Positions 57,534 through 64,000 of a DNA stretch of 64,000 nucleotides are shown one piece after another (the first letter of the stretch is position 1; the number at the start of each line of letters is the position of its first letter). The stretch comes from Alphaproteobacteria bacterium. GTDB lineage: Bacteria > Pseudomonadota > Alphaproteobacteria > JAJTHO01 > CANGYM01. A program made the position numbers and the translations under genes. The stretch is from assembly GCA_044375675.1 (NCBI GenBank), contig JBILMD010000002.1, forward strand, positions 41,104-105,103, read 5' to 3'. The notes beneath the pieces are model-generated. The model searched no databases. It was not told the origin of the DNA and saw nothing but the letters and a program-made list of their open reading frames with translations.

Positions 57534-58342
57534 GTTACAAACATCCCCTCGGCATCGGCCAAGGCGATGACCTGTGGCTGATCCAAAATCAGGGTTGCCC
57601 CCAAACGCAGGGCCACCCCGCCCACATCAGCCTGCGCCATGATTTTCAGGGTTTCTAGGCCGATGGTGGGCATATCCAAACGCAAATCCTGACCCCGTTT
57701 TGGGGATTTCACCAGAACCGCCCTGTGTTTTCGTTTTTTCTGGGTATAGGGGGATAGGCGGTGAATCAGGGCATCGGTGCCCTCAATCCCTTCTATACCA
57801 AGCACTTGGCCCTCGCGGACAATCACGGCTTGCCCCATGTCAAAATCGGACAGGGCCGCCAGCACGTCAAACCCCAAATCAATATCATTTTGGGTGGCCT
57901 TGCTGGGTTTGTGCTTCCCCAAAAAAGGGGTTTGCGGGGTTAAATCCGGCCGCACGGTGTGGGCCCCGACAACGGCAATGTTGTCCTTTTCCAGCTCGGC
58001 GACCAACAAACTCAACAGGGTATTGTCCCCCCGCGTCCGGCGCAGGGCCAGCTTTGCCAGAATTTTTGCCCCCCGCATATCCACCGCCATATCCGATAAA
58101 TTGGGGCGTTGCATGCCACCTGCGAAAACGGCTTGGTTCACATGAAAACGTTTCAGGGTATCCAAAATGCGCTGGATTTTTCCCATGGGCAACACCACGT
58201 GGGGAATATCCGGATGGGGCAAAAGAGGGGGGGGCTGACCCTCGAAGCTGACCACGACACACCCATCGGGCCCCAGATGGCTGGCAAGCAGGGCGGGCAG
58301 GGTGCCTTGTCCGGCCAAAATGGCAGTCACGGGTTTATCCAT
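57524..58342 (-). CDS. lpxI: UDP-2,3-diacylglucosamine hydrolase LpxI (DUF1009)
   Basis: AILAGQGTLP N-terminus and LpxI_C-like region. It overlaps lpxB, which is the typical alphaproteobacterial arrangement. Confidence 0.85.
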   Translation of the reverse strand: MDKPVTAILAGQGTLPALLASHLGPDGCVVVSFEGQPPPLLPHPDIPHVVLPMGKIQRILDTLKRFHVNQAVFAGGMQRPNLSDMAVDMRGAKILAKLALRRTRGDNTLLSLLVAELEKDNIAVVGAHTVRPDLTPQTPFLGKHKPSKATQNDIDLGFDVLAALSDFDMGQAVIVREGQVLGIEGIEGTDALIHRLSPYTQKKRKHRAVLVKSPKRGQDLRLDMPTIGLETLKIMAQADVGGVALRLGATLILDQPQVIALADAEGMFVTCQ

Positions 58343-59222
58343 GATTCACCTTTTCCAGCATCAGCGTTTGCCAACGCTGATTCACAAAACCCCGTTTGTG
58401 CCGGAATCCAAAGGCCGAAAAAACCCGCCGCAGACGGGTTTGTTGATAGGTGTAAAACCCACTTAAAATCAAATATCCCCCGATATGAACCATGCCAGAG
58501 AGATCTTTGGCTAGGCGAAACAAAGGGCCCTCGAGGATATTCGCAATGACCAGATCGTGTCGCGGCAAAACCGTGTGTGTGTCTGCGCAGCGTGCAAAGG
58601 CTATGGTTTTCAGCGGGATATGATTCAAACGCCGGTTATGATGGGATTGGGCAATGGCATGGGGATCAATGTCCGTGCCCATGATGGGGGTTTGGGGCCA
58701 TAGCTTGGCCGCGGTTAACGCCAAAATCCCTGTACCCGTTCCGATATCAGCCACGTTTTGTGGGCGAAAGGCGTTCTGATGCAGATGAAAAAGGGCCTGA
58801 AGACACCCCAGTGTGCTGCCGTGACGGCCTGTGCCAAAAGCCGTGGCCGCATCAATCCGCAGGCGGTGTTGATAAAAGCGCGGGGCCTTTGGGCCGTGGG
58901 TCGCCTCGATAATCAGGGGGCCGCAGGCAATGGGGGGGAAGGAGCGTTGATTTTCAGTAACCCAGTCTCTGGGGGTTAGGGTTTCTGTGGCCACCACGGG
59001 GCAGGGCCCCCAGCCAAGGGCGGTGAAGAGGACATCCAAGTCTGTCCCAACATCCTCTGGGACCCAAGGTGTGTGCCGCAGAGCCGTGATGCGAAACAAT
59101 GTATCCTCATCATTCAGGGCAAAACACATGGTGGCATCGGCGCGTTGGCCAAAGAAATCCTCCACGGTGGGGGCCTGATCCGCCGGAACATCACAAAAAA
59201 TTTGATACAAAGTCGGGGTCAT
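58335..59222 (-). CDS. prmA: ribosomal protein L11 methyltransferase
   Basis: FGTGRHGST…DIGTGTGILA SAM-methyltransferase motifs characteristic of PrmA. Confidence 0.85.
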   Translation of the reverse strand: MTPTLYQIFCDVPADQAPTVEDFFGQRADATMCFALNDEDTLFRITALRHTPWVPEDVGTDLDVLFTALGWGPCPVVATETLTPRDWVTENQRSFPPIACGPLIIEATHGPKAPRFYQHRLRIDAATAFGTGRHGSTLGCLQALFHLHQNAFRPQNVADIGTGTGILALTAAKLWPQTPIMGTDIDPHAIAQSHHNRRLNHIPLKTIAFARCADTHTVLPRHDLVIANILEGPLFRLAKDLSGMVHIGGYLILSGFYTYQQTRLRRVFSAFGFRHKRGFVNQRWQTLMLEKVNHG

Positions 59223-59288
59223 ATTGCCAAAGTGCCTCTACCGCTTTATAAAAGGACCGCCGAAGAAACCCAAGGAAAAAAGATAGTC

Positions 59289-60314
59289 ATGATTGATCCC
59301 CGTTTTTTCCCGAAAAAAAACAGCATTGCGCTGGCGGAGATTGTTGCCGCCACGGGGGTTAACGTTTCTGAGACGATCCCGTTGACGCTGAATCTCAGCA
59401 ATGTGGCCCCCATTGCCCATGCCGGTCCCACGGATGTGACGTTTCTGAGCAACCGAAAATACGTCCAGCACTTGGCCACAACGCAGGCGGGGGCCTGTTT
59501 TGTTGAGGCGGATTTGGCCCACGCCCTTCCAGAATCCACAGTGGCGTTGGTGACGGATCAGCCCTATTTGGCCTATGCCAAAACGGCGGGTTTGTTGTAT
59601 CCCGCGCCGTCGCATCCTCAGGAATCGTTTCAGCACCCTTCCGCCGTTGTGGCTGAGGGGGTGGTCATCGGCAAGGCCTGTAGAATCGGCCCCCAAGTCA
59701 TCATCGAGAAAGGTGCCCACATTGGTGATCATACCGTCATCATGGGCCAAGCCTATATCGGTGAGGGGGTGAAGTTGGGATCCTTTTGCTGGGTGTTTCC
59801 GCAGGTTACGGTGACGCATGCCCTGGTGGGGGATCACGTGGTTTTGCATTCGGGGGCCCGCATTGGGCAGGCCGGCTTTGGCTTTGCCCCGTCGTTTGAT
59901 CATGGCGTGGGGCCCACAAAAATCCCGCAGTTGGGCAGGGTGATCCTGGAGGATCATGTGGATATCGGCGCCAACACCTGCATCGATCGGGGATCCGGCC
60001 CCGATACGGTCATTGGGCGCGGCACCATGATCGATAATTTGGTGCAAATTGGCCATAATGTCACCATTGGCGAAAACAGCATTATTGTGTCGCAGGTGGG
60101 GATTTCCGGCAGCACAGCCGTGGGCCATCATGTCCATATTGGCGGGCAGGTGGGGATTATTGGGCATATCACCATTGGCCATCATGCCAAAATCGCGGCG
60201 GGCAGCGGCGTGATGCGCAATGTTCCCGACCATCAATCCGTGGGGGGTCGTCCCGCTATACCGATGCGGGAATTTTTAAAACAAATCGCGTATTTAAAAA
60301 AGATGATGTCGTGA
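59289..60314 (+). CDS. lpxD: UDP-3-O-(3-hydroxyacyl)glucosamine N-acyltransferase
   Basis: ATG at 59289 within ORF 59073..60314. LpxD N-terminal domain followed by left-handed beta-helix hexapeptide repeats (…HVHIGGQVGIIGHITIGHHAKIAAGSGV…). Confidence 0.9.
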   Translation: MIDPRFFPKKNSIALAEIVAATGVNVSETIPLTLNLSNVAPIAHAGPTDVTFLSNRKYVQHLATTQAGACFVEADLAHALPESTVALVTDQPYLAYAKTAGLLYPAPSHPQESFQHPSAVVAEGVVIGKACRIGPQVIIEKGAHIGDHTVIMGQAYIGEGVKLGSFCWVFPQVTVTHALVGDHVVLHSGARIGQAGFGFAPSFDHGVGPTKIPQLGRVILEDHVDIGANTCIDRGSGPDTVIGRGTMIDNLVQIGHNVTIGENSIIVSQVGISGSTAVGHHVHIGGQVGIIGHITIGHHAKIAAGSGVMRNVPDHQSVGGRPAIPMREFLKQIAYLKKMMS

Positions 60315-60343
60315 AAAAGGGCAGGGACCAAATGTGTCAAAAC

Positions 60344-60362
60344 TTGTCAAGAACCTTGACAA
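60344..60362. promoter_or_regulatory. perfect 8-bp inverted repeat TTGTCAAG-N3-CTTGACAA overlapping a TTGACA -35-like box upstream of the DUF1013 gene
   Basis: Read directly from the sequence. A third TGTCAA copy lies at 60335-60340. TTGACA-N17-TAGGAT gives a plausible sigma-70 promoter for the downstream gene. Confidence 0.3.
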
Positions 60363-60441
60363 AAACGATCCATACCCGTAGGATTGCGGCCTGATCACAT
60401 TCAATTCTTGTGTCTGTTGGGGCAGTTAGGACTCTTTTCTC

Positions 60442-60999
60442 ATGACAAAACTTCTTTTGCCGCGTGCCACCGCGGCTTGGCTTGTTGACAATACGCGCTT
60501 AACATTTCGCCAAATTGCTCAGGTGGCTGGCCTTCATGAATTGGAAATTCAGGCTTTGGCCGATGGCGAAGGGGGCGCCCTGTTGCATCCTGTGAACCCC
60601 ATTGCCAATGGACAGATCACATCAGAGGAAATCGCCCGCTGCGAGGCCGATCCTGCCGCCCATCTGCAGTTAAAAGACAACCCCCTCATGGCCCAAAAAA
60701 CCAAGAAAAAAGGGGCAAAATACACACCGCTTAGCAAGCGCGGCGATAAGCCCGATGCCATTGCATGGCTGGTGAAATTTTACCCCCAAATGCCTGACAG
60801 CCAGATTTCAAAATTGATTGGCACCACCAAAAACACCATTTCCAAAATTCGGGACCGCACCCATTGGAATATGCAAAACATCAAAGCCCAAAATCCTGTG
60901 GATATGGGCCTGTGTTCCTTTGCGGATCTGAACGAAATTACCAAAAAGCTGGTTCCTGCCGTTGTGGAAACGGGCGCTGATGAAACGGACCACATTTAA
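60442..60999 (+). CDS. DUF1013 domain protein (alphaproteobacteria-specific)
   Basis: LLPRATAAWLVDNTRLTFRQIAQVAGLHELEIQALADGE matches the conserved DUF1013 N-terminus by recall. Confidence 0.7.
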   Translation: MTKLLLPRATAAWLVDNTRLTFRQIAQVAGLHELEIQALADGEGGALLHPVNPIANGQITSEEIARCEADPAAHLQLKDNPLMAQKTKKKGAKYTPLSKRGDKPDAIAWLVKFYPQMPDSQISKLIGTTKNTISKIRDRTHWNMQNIKAQNPVDMGLCSFADLNEITKKLVPAVVETGADETDHI

Positions 61000-61010
61000 C
61001 CGATACCGTT

Positions 61011-61487
61011 ATGAATATCAAAAACGATAAAAAACTTTGGGTTGGCGGCGTTCTGCTGGTGGTCATTGTGGTTATTGTTTTGTATGCTGTTTTTGGTTTT
61101 TTCCGGCCAACGGTTTCAGATTATGGTTTACCCACAGCGGAAATCTCTATCGGCAAAAATAACCCCGTGATTGTGGAGATTGTCGATTCGGAAGCATCCC
61201 GCGCCAAGGGATTGATGATGCGGACGTTTTTGCCGCAGGGCCAAGGGATGCTTTTTGTTTGGCCCGAGGAAGCCCCCCGCACCATGTGGATGAAAGATAC
61301 CTTCATCCCGCTGGATATCATTTTTATCGATGCTCAGGGGAACATTGTCGGCATTGTGACCGATGCGGCGCCCCATGATTTATCCCCCTTGGGGACGGAT
61401 CGCCCCGCCCGTTATGTTTTAGAGGTGCCCGCTGGAGACGCCAAGCGTCTGGGGCTGGCCGTGGGGCAATCCCTTGATCTGCCCTGA
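61011..61487 (+). CDS. DUF192 domain protein
   Basis: N-terminal TM/signal segment, then RAKGLMMR…GMLFVWPEE…MWMKDTFIPLDIIFIDAQGNIV…YVLEVPAG DUF192 core. Confidence 0.8.
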   Translation: MNIKNDKKLWVGGVLLVVIVVIVLYAVFGFFRPTVSDYGLPTAEISIGKNNPVIVEIVDSEASRAKGLMMRTFLPQGQGMLFVWPEEAPRTMWMKDTFIPLDIIFIDAQGNIVGIVTDAAPHDLSPLGTDRPARYVLEVPAGDAKRLGLAVGQSLDLP

Positions 61488-62848
61488 TGTTTCAAAAACT
61501 TACGTCTCTTTTAGGGTCGCATAAGGTTTTTGAGCCCGCAGACGTCGATCAGGCATGGCTGCAGGATCAGCGGGGCCGTTTCACCAGTGCCCCTTTGGCG
61601 GTGGTGTTTCCCGATAGCCAAGATGACGTTGTGCGTTTGGTGCGGTTTTGCTGCGATCATAACCTGTCTGTTGTGCCCCAAGGCGGCAACACCGGTCTGG
61701 TGGGGGGGGCTGTGGCGGGCGGAGAGCGGCAGATTCTGGTTAATTTTTCGGGGATGAATCGCATTCGCGCCCTGTATCCCCAGGATCGCGTTGTGGTGGC
61801 CGAGGCAGGATGCACCCTGCTTCAGATCAATGATGCGGCCAAAGATCATGGCCTCAGGTTTCCCTTGGGCCTGTCGGTGGCGGATCGCTGCCGTTTGGGG
61901 GGGAATATCGCCACCAACGCCGGCGGGATCAACGTGCTGCGCCATGGCATGACGCGTCACCTGATTTATGGGATAGAGGGGGTTTTGGCCGATGGCACAC
62001 CCCTGAATCACTTGGTGCGCGTGCCCAAAAACAATGTGGGTTTTGACGTGGCGCAACTGTTTATCGGAACGGAGGGGACGTTGGGCCTGATCACGGCCGC
62101 CACCCTGAAATTGGTGAGTTTGCCGCAAAACACGATCAGTGTGATGGTGGGTTGTCAGGATCTTGTTTTTGCCACATCGCTCCTTCATCGGTTACTGGGG
62201 CAAACGGCGGATAATGTTGAATCTTTCGAAATTATGTCCCGCGAAGCCTTGGATTTGGTGGTGCAGCATCGGGGTATTGCTGTTCCCCTGAAAACCAAAG
62301 CGCCGTGGGTCATTTTGACACAAATCATTTTGCCCCACTTTGTGAGTCCAGAGGAAGCCGTTGCCGCTTTGACGCAATCCCTAAAAGCCGAGGATGTGGT
62401 TATTGCGATTGCTCAGGAGGATCAAAAAACCCTCTGGTATCCCAGACGGGAATTGCCGTGGGTTCAGGGCCCCAGCATTAAGCATGATGTGGCTGTTCCC
62501 TTATCGGAATTGCCTTCTTTTTTGGAAACCACCCAAACCCTTTTGGCGCGTGCTGTGCCCGGGATTCGGCCCATCATTTTTGGGCATATGGGGGATGGCA
62601 ATTTGCATTATAATCTTTTGCCACCCTTGGGGCAGGCGCCTGAGACTTTTTTGGATCAGGCGCCTCAGCTGCATGATCTTGTTTACACGCAGGTGATGCG
62701 TCATCATGGGTCCATCAGCGCGGAACATGGGCTGGGAAGACTCAAAAAAACCCTGTATCATCATTACGCAGACGCCGGCGTCTTGGCCGCGACCCAGCGG
62801 ATCAAACAGATCATGGATCCCCATCATCGATTGAATCCAGAGCTTTAA
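61487..62848 (+). CDS. FAD-linked oxidase (GlcD/D-lactate dehydrogenase family, PCMH-type FAD-binding)
   Basis: VVPQGGNTGLVGGAV FAD motif and a C-terminal FAD-oxidase_C-like region ending GSISAEHGLGRLK. Confidence 0.85.
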   Translation: MFQKLTSLLGSHKVFEPADVDQAWLQDQRGRFTSAPLAVVFPDSQDDVVRLVRFCCDHNLSVVPQGGNTGLVGGAVAGGERQILVNFSGMNRIRALYPQDRVVVAEAGCTLLQINDAAKDHGLRFPLGLSVADRCRLGGNIATNAGGINVLRHGMTRHLIYGIEGVLADGTPLNHLVRVPKNNVGFDVAQLFIGTEGTLGLITAATLKLVSLPQNTISVMVGCQDLVFATSLLHRLLGQTADNVESFEIMSREALDLVVQHRGIAVPLKTKAPWVILTQIILPHFVSPEEAVAALTQSLKAEDVVIAIAQEDQKTLWYPRRELPWVQGPSIKHDVAVPLSELPSFLETTQTLLARAVPGIRPIIFGHMGDGNLHYNLLPPLGQAPETFLDQAPQLHDLVYTQVMRHHGSISAEHGLGRLKKTLYHHYADAGVLAATQRIKQIMDPHHRLNPEL

Positions 62849-62851
62849 GAC

Positions 62852-63334
62852 ATGAAAATTTTCTTTTTGGTTTTGATGGGTTTTTTTCTTGCGCCCCAAG
62901 CAGGCAGCACCGCCCCTGAGGGTTTAACTTTTCACGATGCCTGGACCGTGCCCTATCCGGAAAAAGAAAAGCCGGAATATCATATTTATGGGATCATGAG
63001 CAATTTAACCCCCCAAAACGATGTGCTGTTACGGGCGGAAACGTCTTTGGGCAAAACAGTTGTTTTTCAGAGCCTGATTTTTGCCCCACAAAAAAACCAA
63101 AACCCCCTCCTGACCACCGTTGAAACGCTGGATATTCCCGCAGAGCAGGTGATCTTTTATGATCCTGGGCGCACCCGCCTGACGGTAAAGCAGCCCTTAA
63201 AAATCTTAAAAGTGGGGGATACGTTTCCTTTGACGCTGACGTTTCGCCGCGCAGGGATCATAAAAACCACAGTTGAGGTGAAACGTTGCTGTGAAGACCG
63301 CCCTGCTTCGGCCCAAAAAGACGGAGATAGATAA
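62852..63334 (+). CDS. copper chaperone PCu(A)C (DUF461)
   Basis: Signal peptide. GDTFPLTLTFRRAG matches the PCu(A)C signature GDSFPLTLTFEKAG. His/Met ligands are present (FHDAW, HIYGIM). Confidence 0.75.
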   Translation: MKIFFLVLMGFFLAPQAGSTAPEGLTFHDAWTVPYPEKEKPEYHIYGIMSNLTPQNDVLLRAETSLGKTVVFQSLIFAPQKNQNPLLTTVETLDIPAEQVIFYDPGRTRLTVKQPLKILKVGDTFPLTLTFRRAGIIKTTVEVKRCCEDRPASAQKDGDR

Positions 63335-63478
63335 TACCAATCTGTTTTTTCATAATTTTTTTTAAAAACTCACGCTGAAAAGCGCCCCCTTGCCAGACGT
63401 TCATTGTTGCGTTTTTGTGCTGCGCCCTTGTTTTTTCCTTGCGTGCGCCCTATATCATTCGGGGAAAGGATCAAAGTC

Positions 63479-64000
63479 ATGACCACCGTTGTTGCCGTTC
63501 GCAAGGGAAAAGACATTGTTATCGCTGCCGATGGGCAGGTGTCTTTGGGGCCGACCATTATTAAAAACAATGCCAAGAAAGTCCGGTTGCTGGCCGATGG
63601 CAAAGTGATCGTGGGATTTGCCGGATCCACCGCCGATGCCTTTACGTTGTTTGAGCGTTTGGAGGCCAAACTGGAAAAACATTCCGGCCAACTGATGCGG
63701 GCGTGTGTTGAGTTGGCCAAGGATTGGCGCACCGACCGGTATTTGCGCCGGCTAGAGGCCATGATGCTGGTGGCGGATCAGCACACCATGCTTTTGCTCT
63801 CTGGTACGGGGGATGTTTTAGAGCCCCAAGACAACGTCATGGCCATTGGATCGGGCGGAAATTATGCTTTGGCCGCGGCTTTGGCCCTGTATGATCTGGA
63901 TGGGGATGCCAAAAGCATTGCCGAAAAAGCCATGCGCATCGCCGCTGGCATTTGTGTTTATACCAACGATACTGTGACCCTGGAAACCTTGAGTGCCGCA
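63479..64000 (+). CDS. hslV: ATP-dependent protease subunit HslV, N-terminal part; continues beyond the right edge and is not in the ORF track
   Basis: ATG at 63479 with an AAGGA SD 9 nt upstream. [24 protein letters not shown] has the N-terminal Thr nucleophile. [11 protein letters not shown] motif. Confidence 0.9.
   Translation, partial: MTTVVAVRKGKDIVIAADGQVSLGPTIIKNNAKKVRLLADGKVIVGFAGSTADAFTLFERLEAKLEKHSGQLMRACVELAKDWRTDRYLRRLEAMMLVADQHTMLLLSGTGDVLEPQDNVMAIGSGGNYALAAALALYDLDGDAKSIAEKAMRIAAGICVYTNDTVTLETLSAA

Noticed and set aside
59238-60236. 332-aa minus-strand ORF
   Set aside because: Antisense to lpxD (hexapeptide repeats on the + strand). His/Gly-rich translation typical of shadow frames.
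61511-62188. 225-aa minus-strand ORF
   Set aside because: Antisense to the FAD-linked oxidase gene.

Overview
The window reads as a 64-kb piece of an alphaproteobacterial chromosome. Clade markers are LpxI instead of LpxH, a PopZ-like protein, a ChpT-type phosphotransferase, a DUF1013 protein, the Caulobacter-type fliF-fliG-flbE-fliN-flbD class II flagellar operon, and a two-piece permuted tmRNA with an ANDN... tag. It is densely packed, mostly with housekeeping genes: mltA, rluD, ilvH, tyrC, gap, cysS, dacC, fabH-plsX-rpmF, ubiA, ubiH, ispE, ribH, maeB, mgtE, lysC, rpmE, an Slt70-type transglycosylase, lpxB, lpxI, lpxD, prmA and hslV. By eye the GC content is in the high 50s %. Six things stand out. 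(1) A ~1.9-kb AT-rich patch at 21.2-23.1 kb (about 38% GC in a counted 100-nt sample) carries one gene for a 528-aa secreted protein I cannot place; it looks laterally acquired. (2) A compact che-like cluster (ChpT-like Hpt protein, then a CheA with two CheW-like domains and a C-terminal receiver, then CheW) has no MCP, CheY, CheB or CheR in the window. (3) A 1133-aa single-chain oxidoreductase has domain signatures matching a fused NfnB/GltD-like plus NfnA/PyrK-like enzyme with an extra N-terminal domain. (4) The intergenic region at ~45.0-45.4 kb holds a two-piece tmRNA, readable directly from the sequence (G3.U70 acceptor stem, tag ORF ANDNVTPQANLKLAA). (5) A lower-GC gene encodes a PAS-rich pseudo-kinase-like protein. 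(6) Three translationally overlapping genes form an unusual ABC operon: an ABC-2 permease, a membrane-anchored periplasmic protein, and a DppD/DppF-type double ATPase. One tRNA-Leu(UAG) is present. I saw no CRISPR array, rRNA, transposase or integrase. All family assignments rest on motif recall and have not been database-verified.
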